Translations under genes and position numbers: made by a program
Part shown: positions 10,478 to 21,454 of the stretch, in pieces
Layout of the letters: each line of letters starts with the position of its first letter
Position numbering within the stretch: position 1 is the first letter of the stretch
Notes under the pieces: model-generated
What the model was told of the DNA's origin: nothing
Seen by the model: the letters and a program-made list of their open reading frames with translations, nothing else
The model's database searches: none
Source of the DNA: a candidate division WOR-3 bacterium
Lineage (GTDB): Bacteria; Hydrothermota; Tepidihabitantia; Tepidihabitantales; DTDR01
Direction: 5' to 3'
NCBI GenBank assembly: GCA_039801885.1
Contig: JBDRVN010000001.1
Location: 1-64,000 of the forward strand
DNA: 64,000 nt

Positions 10478-11065
10478 ATGGAAAAGGAGATTTTGGAAAT
10501 TAGATGGCATGGACGAGGTGGACAAGGTGCTAAAACTGCTGCCTTGCTTTTTGGGGAAGCAGCATTAGAAACGGGAAAATATATCCAAGCCTTTCCAGAG
10601 TATGGTCCTGAAAGAATGGGTGCACCGGTAACTGCTTATAACCGAATTTCCTCTTCCGAAATTAGGATTCATTCCGGAATAAAAAATCCTGATATCTTAG
10701 TAATATTAGATACAACCCTTTTTGATGCTTGTAATGTTTTAGAAGGATTAAAAGAAGATGGAATTATTTTGGTAAATACTAAAGAATCGCCAGAGAAAAT
10801 TAGAGAAAAATTAGATTTAAAAGGAAGTAAAATAAAAATTTACACCGTTGATGCGTCAAAAATTGCTATTGAATGTCTAAGAAGAGACATCCCTAATACA
10901 CCGATGCTTGGTGCTTTGGTAAAGATATTGGGCATTCTAGATTTCCAAAGTTTTTTTAATTCAGTCAAAAAAAGATTGCAAGAAAAATTTCGTGGAAAAG
11001 AAGCTCTCATTGGGAAAAATCTGGAAGCAATCAAAAGAGCCTACGAGGAGGTAAAAAGTGACTAA
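10478..11065 (+). CDS. porC: Pyruvate/2-oxoacid:ferredoxin oxidoreductase gamma subunit
   Basis: EIRWHGRGGQG, YGPERMGAP, PNTPMLGA. Confidence 0.92.
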   Translation: MEKEILEIRWHGRGGQGAKTAALLFGEAALETGKYIQAFPEYGPERMGAPVTAYNRISSSEIRIHSGIKNPDILVILDTTLFDACNVLEGLKEDGIILVNTKESPEKIREKLDLKGSKIKIYTVDASKIAIECLRRDIPNTPMLGALVKILGILDFQSFFNSVKKRLQEKFRGKEALIGKNLEAIKRAYEEVKSD

Positions 11066-11372
11066 CAAGGAAGATAAAAAAGAGTGTTTAATTGTTAGCT
11101 GGAAAGATTTAACCTGTGGTGCTTTAATTAAAGATTTAAAAAGAATAAAAGAAAACAAAACTGGTGCTTGGCGAAGTCAGAAACCAATTTTTAATAAAGG
11201 AAAATGTGTTAATTGTTATCGCTGCTGGATGTATTGTCCAGAAGCAGCAATTATGTTAGAAAATAATAAGGTAGTAGGTATTAATTATGATTATTGCAAG
11301 GGCTGTGGTATCTGTGCTAATGAATGTCCTAGAAAAATTCAGGCAATTACAATGGAAAGGGAGGTAAAATGA
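11058..11372 (+). CDS. porD: Pyruvate/2-oxoacid:ferredoxin oxidoreductase delta subunit
   Basis: KTGAWR and two CxxCxxCxxxCP motifs. Confidence 0.92.
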   Translation: MTNKEDKKECLIVSWKDLTCGALIKDLKRIKENKTGAWRSQKPIFNKGKCVNCYRCWMYCPEAAIMLENNKVVGINYDYCKGCGICANECPRKIQAITMEREVK

Positions 11373-12538
11373 TTTTAGCGAAAACTGGAAATGAAGCAAT
11401 CGCTTATGCTATGAAACAAATAAATCCAGATGTGGTGGCTGCCTACCCAATTACTCCTTCTACCGAAATTGTACAAATTTTTTCTTCCTATGTTGCTGAT
11501 GGACTTGTTGATACTGAATTTGTTGCCGTGGAAAGTGAACATTCGGCAATGAGTGCCTGTATTGCTGCTGCTGCTTCTGGTGCCCGGGCAATGACGGCTA
11601 CTTCCTCGCAAGGATTAGCATTAATGCATGAAATGCTTTTTATTGCTTCTGGTTTAAGGTTACCAATTGTCTTATGTTTGGTAAACCGCTCTCTTTCTTC
11701 CCCATTAAATATCCATTGTGATCATACTGATTCTATTGCTTCTCGTGATTCGGGTTGGATACAGATTTTCTGCGAAGATGCCCAAGAGGCTTATGATACA
11801 ACAATTTGTGCTGTAAGGATTGCAGAAAAAACCTTTTTACCGGTGATGGTAACAATTGACGGATTTATTATTTCTCACTGTATGCAAAAAATTGAGGTTC
11901 TTTCTGACGAAGCAGTGAAATCTTTTATTGGCGAATATAAACCGAATTATAATCTTTTAGATGTTGATAATCCTATTACTCTTGGACCAGCTTGTTTGCC
12001 CGATTCGTTCTTTGAACACAAAAGAGCCCAAGCCGAAGGAATGAACCAAGCATTAACCCATATTGAAGACGTATTTAAAGAGTATAAGGAAAAATTTAAT
12101 CGGAAATTATCTATTTTGGAAGAATACCAAACTAATGATGCTGAAGTAGCTATCCTGTGTATGGGTTCTACCGCCGGCACAGCAAAAGTAGCAGTAAACA
12201 ATTTAAGAAATAGAGGTTATCAAGTAGGTTTATTTAAATTAAGAGTTTTTCGTCCAATTGTGGCAAAATATCTTCAAAAAGCTTTAAAAAACATTAAAAT
12301 TTTAGGTATCTTAGAAAGAATGGAAGGATTGAGTGCCTTTGGTGGTCCTTTATTTAATGAAGTCCGTTCAGTTTTATATGATGAACCAGAAAGATTAATC
12401 ACTATTTCTTATGTTTATGGATTAGGCGGAAGAGAAATTACACCGGAAGAGATCGAACAGGTATTTTTAGAATTATTATCTTTAAAAAATAAAAGAAAAA
12501 AAGATATTGAAAAATTTAGATATATTAATGTGAGGTAG
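11369..12538 (+). CDS. porA: Pyruvate/2-oxoacid:ferredoxin oxidoreductase alpha subunit
   Basis: AAYPITPST, ESEHSA, TATSSQGL, YGLGGR. Confidence 0.93.
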   Translation: MILAKTGNEAIAYAMKQINPDVVAAYPITPSTEIVQIFSSYVADGLVDTEFVAVESEHSAMSACIAAAASGARAMTATSSQGLALMHEMLFIASGLRLPIVLCLVNRSLSSPLNIHCDHTDSIASRDSGWIQIFCEDAQEAYDTTICAVRIAEKTFLPVMVTIDGFIISHCMQKIEVLSDEAVKSFIGEYKPNYNLLDVDNPITLGPACLPDSFFEHKRAQAEGMNQALTHIEDVFKEYKEKFNRKLSILEEYQTNDAEVAILCMGSTAGTAKVAVNNLRNRGYQVGLFKLRVFRPIVAKYLQKALKNIKILGILERMEGLSAFGGPLFNEVRSVLYDEPERLITISYVYGLGGREITPEEIEQVFLELLSLKNKRKKDIEKFRYINVR

Positions 12539-12539
12539 T

Positions 12540-13469
12540 ATGAAAAGTATAATGGATTTATTAAAAGAAGAAGAACTTTTTAGTTCCGGACACCGAGCTT
12601 GTGCCGGATGCGGTGAAGTTTTAGCAGTAAGACAAGTGTTATTAGCTAGTAAAAAACCGATTGCCTGTGCAATGCCTACTGGTTGTTTAGAAATTGTTTC
12701 GACAATTTTCCCTCATACAGCCTGGCAAGTTCCTATGTTTCATTCAGCCTTTGAAAATGCTGCAGCAACAATTTCCGGTATGGAGGCTGCTTACCGGATT
12801 TTATTAAAAAAAGGAAAGATAAATAAAAAAATCTATTTTATTGCTTTTGGTGGTGACGGCGGAACCTATGATATTGGTTTTCAAGCTCTATCAGGAGCAA
12901 TTGAAAGAAGACATAGTTTCTTATATGTTTGTACTGATAACGAGGCCTATATGAATACCGGAATTCAACGTTCTTCTGCAACTCCCCAATTTGCCCATAC
13001 TACTACTTCACCAAAAGGAGAAGTATTACCAGGAAAATTACAACCAAGAAAAGATATAATGGAAATTATTATTGCCCACGAAGTGCCTTATGCTGCCCAA
13101 ACTACCGTTGCTTTTTTCCAAGATTTAGTTAAAAAGGTAGAAAAAGCTCAGTCTTACGACGGTCCAACTTTTATTAATATCTTGGTTCCTTGTCCTCTGG
13201 GCTGGGCACATTCGCCGTCATTAACAATTGAAGTCTCCCGTTTAGCTGTAGAAACAAATTTCTGGCCCCTTTATGAATACGAAAAGGGAGTTTATCGTCT
13301 AACCTATCAACCCTCCCAAGTTAAACCAATAACCGAATGGTTAAAGCTTCAAGGAAGATTTGCTCATCTTTTTGAAGAGAAAAATAAGCATCTCTTAGAA
13401 GAATTTCAAAAATATGTAGATGAGAAATATCAAAAACTTCTTAAAAAATGTGAGTTAAGTGAAAAATAG
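12540..13469 (+). CDS. porB: Pyruvate/2-oxoacid:ferredoxin oxidoreductase beta subunit
   Basis: GHRACAGC, GGDGG, DNEAYMNTG (TPP binding). Confidence 0.93.
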   Translation: MKSIMDLLKEEELFSSGHRACAGCGEVLAVRQVLLASKKPIACAMPTGCLEIVSTIFPHTAWQVPMFHSAFENAAATISGMEAAYRILLKKGKINKKIYFIAFGGDGGTYDIGFQALSGAIERRHSFLYVCTDNEAYMNTGIQRSSATPQFAHTTTSPKGEVLPGKLQPRKDIMEIIIAHEVPYAAQTTVAFFQDLVKKVEKAQSYDGPTFINILVPCPLGWAHSPSLTIEVSRLAVETNFWPLYEYEKGVYRLTYQPSQVKPITEWLKLQGRFAHLFEEKNKHLLEEFQKYVDEKYQKLLKKCELSEK

Positions 13470-13980
13470 CCTTCTTTTACATACTTGTTGTGCAATCTGC
13501 CTCTTAAATCTTTTAGATTCCTTAAAAGAAAATTTTAAAATTACTATTTTTTATTACAATCCAAATATTCATCCCTTTCAAGAATATGAAAAAAGGCTAA
13601 AAGCTGTTGAAAAAATATGTCAATTTAAAAATTTGGAATTAATTACTCCTATTTACACACCGATCATTTTTTTAAACAAAACAAAAGAATACCGGAAAGA
13701 AAAGGAAGGTGGGAAAAGATGCGAAATCTGTTTTCAGATAAGATTAGAAAAAACAGCCCAATTTGCTAAAGAAAATAATTTTTATTATTTCTCTACCACT
13801 TTAATTAGTAGTCCCCAAAAAGATAAAAATTTAATAGATAAGATTGGCAATAAAATCGCAAAAGAAAAAAATATTAATTATTTTTCCTTAAAGGAAGTTT
13901 CTTTTTTGAAAAAAGAAGAAATTAAAAAATTAGATATTTATTCTCAAAAATATTGTGGCTGTATCTACTCTTTCTATTAA
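13459..13980 (+). CDS. queH: Epoxyqueuosine reductase QueH
   Basis: LLHTCCAIC, YNPNIHP..EY..R, RCEICF..RL, Y.QKYCGC. Confidence 0.9.
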   Translation: MKNSLLLHTCCAICLLNLLDSLKENFKITIFYYNPNIHPFQEYEKRLKAVEKICQFKNLELITPIYTPIIFLNKTKEYRKEKEGGKRCEICFQIRLEKTAQFAKENNFYYFSTTLISSPQKDKNLIDKIGNKIAKEKNINYFSLKEVSFLKKEEIKKLDIYSQKYCGCIYSFY

Positions 13981-14578
13981 AAAATTAATAAATAAAATTA
14001 AAAGATGTAAAAAATGTTCCCATTTGAAAAATTGTAAATCTATTTTTTCACCGGTAATAAATACTAAGTTATTAATTATTGGACAAGCACCGGGCAAAAA
14101 AGAGAGTGAATTAGGTCTGCCGTTTGTTGGAGCAGCCGGAAAGAAACTTTTTTCTTGGTTTCAAAAGATTGGTATAAAGGAAGAGGAGATAAGGAAAAAT
14201 TTTTATATCACTCAAGTAATAAAATGTTATTTAGGAAGTAATCGAATACCCAAGTCAAAGGAACTAAAAAATTGTCTACCCTATCTTCATTCCGAAATAG
14301 AACTTTTAAAACCAAAATTAATCATTCCCATTGGAATTTTGGCAATTAAAGCAATCTTAGGAGAAAAGAAAATTAATGAAGTAATTGGAAAAACTTTTAA
14401 ATGGAAAGATTCCTTAGTAATCCCCCTTCCCCATCCGTCAGGTGCCAATGTTTGGTTAAATAAAAAAAAGAATCAGAAAAAATTAAAAAAAGCCTTAAAA
14501 AAAATAAAAAACTATTTCAAAGCAATAAACATTACTCTTAAGGAATCCCTTTTTGCTGGTAAAAATGTAAGGTGTTGA
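13955..14578 (+). CDS. Uracil-DNA glycosylase superfamily protein (family 4-like)
   Basis: CxxC, IGQAPG, PFVGAAG, KC, LPHPS. Confidence 0.85.
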   Translation: MAVSTLSIKKLINKIKRCKKCSHLKNCKSIFSPVINTKLLIIGQAPGKKESELGLPFVGAAGKKLFSWFQKIGIKEEEIRKNFYITQVIKCYLGSNRIPKSKELKNCLPYLHSEIELLKPKLIIPIGILAIKAILGEKKINEVIGKTFKWKDSLVIPLPHPSGANVWLNKKKNQKKLKKALKKIKNYFKAINITLKESLFAGKNVRC

Positions 14579-15261
14579 AAGATTTTAATTTTTCTAAAAC
14601 CGACTTTTTTTAAAAGTTTAATTAGAGTTTTATATTCGTACCCTCTCTCCTGATGAATTTCTATAAAAAATTCCTTTTTATCTTTCAAATAGCATTTCAA
14701 ATAAAGGGTAGAAATTTTTAACTTTTTATCAAATTTATTTTCCCAAAGGGTTTTTAAACTTTCACTTTCTCTTACAAATTTGTTATTAGCCCAAAACTTT
14801 TCCAAAACAAAAATAGTATTCATATCAAAACTAAAAATTCCTTTTTCTTTTAAAAATTTATAAATTAAAGAAAAACATTTCTCTAAATCATCTTCTTTTA
14901 ATAGATAATTAATACTGTCATAAAAAGATACAGCAGCATCAACTTGGATATCTAAATTAAAATTAGTAATATCACTTTCAACTATTGTGAGATTATTTTT
15001 TAAATCCGGATAATTCTCTATTTTCTTTTTAAAAATATTAAGCATCTCTTCACTCTTATCCACACCGATAACTTGATAACCTTTTTTTAAAAGAATAATT
15101 GAAGGAATTCCTGTGCCACAAGCCAAGTCTAAAATAATCTTTGGTTTAAGATTAAAAAAATTCCAAATATCAATCACATATTCTACCCAAGCATCATAAT
15201 TTACCAATTTCAACATAAACTCATCATAAAATTGAGCAAATTTAGAAAAAGGTTTTTTCAT
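14512..15261 (-). CDS. Class I SAM-dependent methyltransferase
   Basis: ILDLACGTG, GVDKSEEML, DSINY, FDMN. Confidence 0.9.
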   Translation of the reverse strand: MKKPFSKFAQFYDEFMLKLVNYDAWVEYVIDIWNFFNLKPKIILDLACGTGIPSIILLKKGYQVIGVDKSEEMLNIFKKKIENYPDLKNNLTIVESDITNFNLDIQVDAAVSFYDSINYLLKEDDLEKCFSLIYKFLKEKGIFSFDMNTIFVLEKFWANNKFVRESESLKTLWENKFDKKLKISTLYLKCYLKDKKEFFIEIHQERGYEYKTLIKLLKKVGFRKIKIFQHLTFLPAKRDSLRVMFIALK

Positions 15262-15514
15262 TAATTATATTCTATAAGAAATAAAAGTAATTTTCAACTG
15301 TTGTTGCGATTTTAAAAAATTATTAACCCAATGACCTCTCTTAATACATTTACTATTTTATCTTGGTATTTTAAAAATTTTGACTATATTATAATACAAC
15401 TGGTTATTAAATGTTTTTGATGACATATTTGTTTATTAACGTTGGAAGGAATGTAAATTTTTGCGTGTAGAGTCTTTTGGTTATTCAATAATGAAACGGA
15501 AGTGAAAAAAAATA

Positions 15515-15700
15515 CACAGGAAAAGAAAAATCCCTGTGGAGGGAATAATACGGGGTATGGCTATATGGTATCAATAATGCCTTTATTAATGGGAATAATA
15601 CTATGTTTATTAAAGGTAATAATAATCCCTTTATTAGTGTTAAAAATAATAAGATTATTAATGGCTTTAATAATAAGTCTATGTTTAAGAATTATATACC
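15515..15700. repeat. Hairpin plus degenerate 12-bp-period array (intergenic element, copy A)
   Basis: CACAGG-N12-CCTGTG, then units cctttattaatg/ggaataatacta/tgtttattaaag/gtaataataatc/cctttattagtg/ttaaaaataata/agattattaatg/gctttaataata. Confidence 0.55.
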
Positions 15701-15935
15701 GCTTAAATGATTTATTAGGGATAGACTGGGAAGCAACACCGTCCAACAAAAAAAATAAATAAAAGGTAAGATTAGAAACTAAAGAAATTCTTTGAATATT
15801 AAGCTCAAACCAAGAGACAACTGATTTATCTGTATGGCATGTAAATAGGAAACGGTTAAATCTATCTTAACCTGTTATTTAATTTTATTGACTTTTTAAA
15901 AAAGATTAAGTAAAATTAAAAAGATTAATTTTTAA

Positions 15936-16214
15936 ATGACAAAATTTGCTCAAAAAGTTTTAGCAATTGTGAAAAAGATTCCCAAAGGTAAAGTGATGAC
16001 TTATAAAGAAATTGCGATAAAATTAGGGGATAAAAATCTTGCACGAGCGATTGGTCAAATATTAAAAAGAAACCCTTATCCAATAGTTATCCCTTGCCAT
16101 CGAGTAATAAGAAGCGATGGGAAAATTGGCGGTTATTCTTTAGGAATAGAAAAGAAAAAAGAACTATTAAGAAAAGAAGGAATTTTAATAGTTGGCAATA
16201 AAGTAATTAGATGA
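15936..16214 (+). CDS. O6-methylguanine-DNA methyltransferase (MGMT domain only)
   Basis: IPKGKVMTY, ARAIG, PCHRV active site. Confidence 0.9.
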   Translation: MTKFAQKVLAIVKKIPKGKVMTYKEIAIKLGDKNLARAIGQILKRNPYPIVIPCHRVIRSDGKIGGYSLGIEKKKELLRKEGILIVGNKVIR

Positions 16215-16861
16215 GCAAAATTATTAGATTACAAGTTGGAGAAGTACTTACTAATACTTATATTATAAAATCTAAAGATGAAATTATAATAATTGATCCG
16301 GCTTTTGATAGTGAAAAAATTATAAAAGAGATTAAGAATCTGAAAGGATGTGTTAAATATATTATTAACACCCACGGACATATTGACCATATCAGCAGTA
16401 ATAATGATTTATTAAAAGAATTCAATTGCCAGTTATTAATTCATGAATTGGATAGCAAATTATTAACTTCACCCGGCAGAAATCTATCTCTTCTTTTTGG
16501 TTATTCCTATGTCTCTCGTAATGCTGATCTATTACTAAGAGATGGTGATATAGTAAAAATTGGTGATTTAGAATTAAAAGTAATCCATACACCAGGACAT
16601 ACTGAAGGAAGTATTTCTTTATATGGCAATGGATTTATTTTTACCGGCGATACCCTTTTTTATGATTCTATTGGTCGCACTGATTTTCCTGGTGGCAATG
16701 AAAGAAAACTTTTTGAATCATTGAAAAAATTAACTAAGATAATAAAAGATGAACAAATAGTCTATCCGGGTCACGGAGAATTTGGTAATTTTTATAAAAT
16801 TAAAAAAATTAACCCTTTTTTAAAATTATTTGAGGAGGAAGTATGGCAAAAATCAGAGTAG
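16211..16861 (+). CDS. MBL-fold metallo-hydrolase (glyoxalase II-like)
   Basis: THGHIDH, TPGHT, GDTLF, GRTD, PGHG. Confidence 0.9.
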   Translation: MSKIIRLQVGEVLTNTYIIKSKDEIIIIDPAFDSEKIIKEIKNLKGCVKYIINTHGHIDHISSNNDLLKEFNCQLLIHELDSKLLTSPGRNLSLLFGYSYVSRNADLLLRDGDIVKIGDLELKVIHTPGHTEGSISLYGNGFIFTGDTLFYDSIGRTDFPGGNERKLFESLKKLTKIIKDEQIVYPGHGEFGNFYKIKKINPFLKLFEEEVWQKSE

Positions 16862-17931
16862 CAATTATTGGTGTTGGTAATTGTGCTTCTAGTTTAGTTC
16901 AAGGAGTATATTATTACAAAAATGCTAAAGAGGGAGATTTCATACCGGGAATAATGCATGTGAATCTTGGTGGTTATCATATTTCTGATATTGAATTTAC
17001 TGTCGGAATTGATATTGACAAAAGGAAAGTAGGAAAGGATTTAGCCCAAGCGATTTTTACCTATCCTAATAATACTTATAAATTTTGCGATGTTCCAAAG
17101 TTAAATGTAAAAGTAGTCCGCGGAATGACCCATGATGGTTTAGGATATTATCTTTCTCAAATTATTGAGAAAGCACCCGGACCAACTGCTGATATTGTCG
17201 GAATTTTAAAAGAAACCAAAACTGATGTCGTAGTGAATTTTCTACCGGTAGGAAGTGAAGAGGCAACAAAATGGTATGTGGAACAGACATTAAAAGCAAA
17301 GTGTGCTTTTGTCAACTGTATTCCGGTATTTATTGCTTCGGAAAAATATTGGCAAAATCGTTTTAAGGAAGCAAAATTACCAGTTATCGGTGACGATATT
17401 AAATCCCAAGTAGGAGCCACTATTGTCCATCGAGTCTTATCCAACCTTTTTATTGAAAGAGGAGTGAAAATTGAAAGAACAAGTCAATTAAATGTTGGTG
17501 GTAACACTGATTTTCTAAATATGTTAGAACGTTCCCGGTTGCAGTCTAAAAAAATTTCTAAAACCAGAGCAGTAACTTCTTTAATACCCTATGATATTGG
17601 TGAAGAAAATATTTATATCGGACCTTCTGATTATGTTGCTTGGTTAAAAGATAGAAAATGGGCTTATATTCGAATTGAAGGAAGAACTTTTGGTGATGTT
17701 CCTTTAAACTTAGAATTAAAATTAGAAGTCTGGGATTCGCCAAATTCTGCTGGAGTAGTAATTGATGCTATTCGGTGCGCAAAATTAGCATTAGATAATA
17801 ATCTGAGCGGCGCGATCGTTGAGCCTTCTTGTTACTTTATGAAAACACCACCAAAACAGATACCCGACCATATTGCCCGCGAAAAATTAGAACAATTTAT
17901 TAAAAAATACGGCTTAAAATCTAAAAAATAA
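16843..17931 (+). CDS. ino1: myo-Inositol-1-phosphate synthase
   Basis: [37 protein letters not shown]. Confidence 0.95.
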   Translation: MAKIRVAIIGVGNCASSLVQGVYYYKNAKEGDFIPGIMHVNLGGYHISDIEFTVGIDIDKRKVGKDLAQAIFTYPNNTYKFCDVPKLNVKVVRGMTHDGLGYYLSQIIEKAPGPTADIVGILKETKTDVVVNFLPVGSEEATKWYVEQTLKAKCAFVNCIPVFIASEKYWQNRFKEAKLPVIGDDIKSQVGATIVHRVLSNLFIERGVKIERTSQLNVGGNTDFLNMLERSRLQSKKISKTRAVTSLIPYDIGEENIYIGPSDYVAWLKDRKWAYIRIEGRTFGDVPLNLELKLEVWDSPNSAGVVIDAIRCAKLALDNNLSGAIVEPSCYFMKTPPKQIPDHIAREKLEQFIKKYGLKSKK

Positions 17932-17933
17932 AA

Positions 17934-18566
17934 TTGCCCGGCATTTTAATAACTTTTGAAGGAATTGAAAGATGTGGTAAGACAACACAGGCAAAATTAC
18001 TTTATGAATATCTAAAGCAAAAAGGGATTCCGTGTATATTAGTTCATGAACCGGGAGGAACAAAGATTGGCGAAGAAATCAGAAAAATTCTTCTTGATAA
18101 AAAAAACATTAAAATGAGCCCAAAAACTGAATTTTTTTTATACCTGGCTGCTCGGGCTCAATTATTAGCAGAAATTATTTTTCCTTCCCTTCAAGAAGGG
18201 AAAGTAGTAATTTGCGATCGGTTTAGCGATTCCACATTAGCCTATCAAGGCGGTGGTCGGAATTTAAGCTTAGAAAAAATAAGTCAGATTAACAGATATG
18301 CTACTGATAAATTAAAACCAAATCTTACTATTCTTATTGATATACCTGTTTCAATAAGTCAAGAGAGAATTAAAAAAGAAGAAAAAGACCGCTTAGAAAA
18401 AGAAGATGAAGAATTTCATAAAAGAGTAAGGAATACCTATCTTTTTTTAGCCAAACGAGCACCCAAAAGGATAAAAATTTTTGAAGGAGATAAGAGTATT
18501 GAAGATTTGCATTTGGAAATCAGAACAAAAGTAATTCAATTTTTAGCAAAAGAAGGAGTAATATGA
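17934..18566 (+). CDS. tmk: Thymidylate kinase
   Basis: FEGIERCGKTTQ, EPGG, DRFSDSTLAYQG. Confidence 0.95.
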   Translation: MPGILITFEGIERCGKTTQAKLLYEYLKQKGIPCILVHEPGGTKIGEEIRKILLDKKNIKMSPKTEFFLYLAARAQLLAEIIFPSLQEGKVVICDRFSDSTLAYQGGGRNLSLEKISQINRYATDKLKPNLTILIDIPVSISQERIKKEEKDRLEKEDEEFHKRVRNTYLFLAKRAPKRIKIFEGDKSIEDLHLEIRTKVIQFLAKEGVI

Positions 18567-20092
18567 ATAAAAATAAAAAAATTATTATTGTTTTAATTAT
18601 TTTTATTATTGCTTTAATATTTTCTTATTTAGGAACAAATCTTTGGGCGCAAAGGCAAAATGTTTTTCAATCTCTTCAAACCTTTTCTAAAATTCTTGAT
18701 ATTATCATTAGAGATTATGTAGAAGAAACAGATACGGAAGATTTGATAAAATCAGCAATTGATGGAATGTTAAATTCTTTAGACCCTTATACTCAATATT
18801 TAACCGAAGAAGAATATAAAGATTTAAGAATTAAAACCGAAGCTCAATTTGGGGGAATCGGAATTCAAATTGGTATGCAAGAAAATCAATTAACCGTAAT
18901 TTCACCTATCGAAGGAACTCCGGCTTATCGGGCGGGAATAATTGCTGGAGATAAAATAATTAAAATTGACGATGTTTCAACCGAAGGAATCTCCTTAGAA
19001 GAAGCGGTTAAAAAATTAAGAGGTGAGCCAGGAACAAAAGTAAAAGTAACGATAAAACGAGAAGGGGTAGAGGAAGAATTTAATTTTATTTTAATAAGAG
19101 AAATTATTAAGATTCACGCAATCCCTTATGCCGGCAAAATTGATGAAGAGATCGGCTATATCCGTTTAGCTGATTTTTCAAACTTAGCAGAGGAAGAATT
19201 AAAAAATACTTTGGACTCTCTTTTTGGTAAAGAAAAAATAAAAAAATTGATTTTTGATTTAAGATCAAACTCCGGTGGTCTATTGCAAGAAGGCGTTAAT
19301 GTAGCAAGTTCTTTCTTAGAAAAAAATAATCTTGTGGTAAAAGTAAAAGGGAGAAATCCGGAAACGGAAAGAGATTTTTATGTATGGGAAGAATCTAAAT
19401 ATAAAAATTATCCAATGGTTGTCCTTGTTGACCGAGGAAGTGCCTCGGCTACTGAAATTGTTACCGGTGCTTTACAAGATTACGAAAGAGCATTGATAAT
19501 TGGCGAAACTACTTTTGGTAAAGGGTCTGTTCAGAATATTCGTCCCTTAGATAATAACACTGCTCTTAAAATTACTACTGCTTATTGGTATACCCCCAGT
19601 GGTCGTTGTATTCATAAAAGAATAAAAAAAGATTCCTTAAAAGAAATTAAAAAGACTTATCGTACGCTTGGTAAAATGAAACGAGAAATTTATGGCGGCG
19701 GCGGAATTGCTCCAGATATTTATTTGCCTTACCAAACTCTTTCTAAATTAATGACCAAACTACGTCAAGAAAATGTTTTCTTCAAATTTGCTGTAAAGTA
19801 TTATTCCGAACATAAAGAATTAAAATTGCCGATTATTGTTACCAAAGATTTAATCGAAAAAGAATTTATACCTTATTTAAAAGAAAAGAAAATTGAATTT
19901 AATGAAGAAGAAATATGGAAAAACGAAGAAGAAATAAAAAGAGATTTATCAATTGAGCTTGCTGAGAAGATCGGTGGACTTAGAGCAAGATATGAAACCA
20001 TTCTTAAATTTGACCCTCACATAAAGAAAGCTATTGAATTATTAAAGAAAACCTCCTCTCAGGAAGAACTTTTTAAAATTAGTTTAAGATAA
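18563..20092 (+). CDS. ctpA: S41 carboxyl-terminal processing protease
   Basis: LDPY, PDZ GGIGI, DLRSNSGG, SASATEI, TFGKGSVQ. Confidence 0.93.
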   Translation: MNKNKKIIIVLIIFIIALIFSYLGTNLWAQRQNVFQSLQTFSKILDIIIRDYVEETDTEDLIKSAIDGMLNSLDPYTQYLTEEEYKDLRIKTEAQFGGIGIQIGMQENQLTVISPIEGTPAYRAGIIAGDKIIKIDDVSTEGISLEEAVKKLRGEPGTKVKVTIKREGVEEEFNFILIREIIKIHAIPYAGKIDEEIGYIRLADFSNLAEEELKNTLDSLFGKEKIKKLIFDLRSNSGGLLQEGVNVASSFLEKNNLVVKVKGRNPETERDFYVWEESKYKNYPMVVLVDRGSASATEIVTGALQDYERALIIGETTFGKGSVQNIRPLDNNTALKITTAYWYTPSGRCIHKRIKKDSLKEIKKTYRTLGKMKREIYGGGGIAPDIYLPYQTLSKLMTKLRQENVFFKFAVKYYSEHKELKLPIIVTKDLIEKEFIPYLKEKKIEFNEEEIWKNEEEIKRDLSIELAEKIGGLRARYETILKFDPHIKKAIELLKKTSSQEELFKISLR

Positions 20093-21454
20093 ATAATTTT
20101 TCTTCACATAATCTATAGCATCTTCTTTTTTTTTAATTTTTCCTTCTAAATATAAATCTTCTATTTCTTGAAGAATTTTTTTAAAAATTGGACCCGGCTT
20201 TAATCCTAAATCAATCAGGTCGTATCCACTGATTAATCTTATTTTCTTTTTCTCTTCTTCCTCTTTTCTTTTTAATTTAATCATTCTTTTTATTGCCTTT
20301 TCTAAATGTTTAGTATAGCCAGCAGTAGCATAACCGTCAGCATAAGTAAGAATCATTAGTCCAAAGGCATAATTTCCTAAATCACGAAAAAATCTTCTTA
20401 TTGCCCGGTCGGTTAAAACGGGTGCTGAAGATAAAAGATGAAGACGCATATGATAAAATATCAATTTAGTAATATGTTGAATATCATCATTAGATAGTTT
20501 TAAATCTTTTAAAACCTTCTTCATAATTTTTGAGCCAACTGTTTCGTGTCCATAAAAATGGACTTCTCCATTTTCACTATTTTTTATTGTCAGTGGTTTA
20601 GCAACATCATGAAATAATCCCGCCAATTTTAAGACTTCTTTACTATGAGATATTGAAAAATATTCTTTCCATTCTTTTTGGAACTGACCAAAAAACTCCT
20701 GATTAGCAATAATCTCTTCAATTTTTTTGTAGGTTTTTAAAGAATGGTTTACTAAATATTTTTCTTCAAAAAAAGGATAATTTAAAGGGAAAATTTGCGC
20801 TAAAAGTTTTATCTCATAAAGTTTTTTAATATAAGGATAACTTTTATCGGTTGCTAAAATTCGAAAAAATTCGTAACTTATTCTTTCCTTTGCCACATTG
20901 CTCAACGAGATTTTTTTACCAATTTCAAAAATCTTTTTGTCAATCTTAAAACTTAATTCACAGGCAAATCTCATTGCTCTTAATATCCTTAACGGATCCT
21001 GATAAAGTACCAAATTATTAGTTAAACGAATCTTTTTATTTTTCAAATCTTTTATTCCATTAAAAGGGTCAATTAACTTCTTTTCTTTAAAAGAAAAGGC
21101 AATAGCATTTATCGTAAAATCTCTTTCCGAAAGGTCATCGATAATTGTTTTTTTATTAAGACCTTTAAAATCAAAAATGGTTTTATAAGCCACGACTCTT
21201 GCCTCATCATCTGCTTCCGATAAAATAATAAGTTTACCTTTTATTTTCTCTCCGAAAATTTTTGCTCCCTTTATTCCACTATCGTTCACTATAAAATCAA
21301 AATCAACAGGTTCTTTATCTAAAATAATATCTCGGATAGTTCCGCCTACTAAATAAAAATCACTTTTTTTATAAATTTGGGAAAGAATTTCTACCCCTTT
21401 ATTCAAAATTGGCTGTTTTTTTATATAATCAATTATTTTTCTAAGTTCTTCCAT
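20084..21454 (-). CDS. Class II tRNA nucleotidyltransferase with HD domain (probably CC-adding type)
   Basis: VGGTIRD, DFDF, RDFTINA, DPLRILRA.RF, ERI..E, HD..K. Confidence 0.88.
   Translation of the reverse strand: MEELRKIIDYIKKQPILNKGVEILSQIYKKSDFYLVGGTIRDIILDKEPVDFDFIVNDSGIKGAKIFGEKIKGKLIILSEADDEARVVAYKTIFDFKGLNKKTIIDDLSERDFTINAIAFSFKEKKLIDPFNGIKDLKNKKIRLTNNLVLYQDPLRILRAMRFACELSFKIDKKIFEIGKKISLSNVAKERISYEFFRILATDKSYPYIKKLYEIKLLAQIFPLNYPFFEEKYLVNHSLKTYKKIEEIIANQEFFGQFQKEWKEYFSISHSKEVLKLAGLFHDVAKPLTIKNSENGEVHFYGHETVGSKIMKKVLKDLKLSNDDIQHITKLIFYHMRLHLLSSAPVLTDRAIRRFFRDLGNYAFGLMILTYADGYATAGYTKHLEKAIKRMIKLKRKEEEEKKKIRLISGYDLIDLGLKPGPIFKKILQEIEDLYLEGKIKKKEDAIDYVKKNYLS

Noticed and set aside
14570-14600. 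Cys-TGA at the end of the UDG gene as a second Sec site
   Set aside because: The frame closes three codons later, there is no hairpin, and it lies within the convergent methyltransferase gene.
15502-15762. 86-aa ORF and antisense 62-aa ORF as genes
   Set aside because: They are low-complexity products of the 12-bp array; the equivalent frame in copy C contains a stop.
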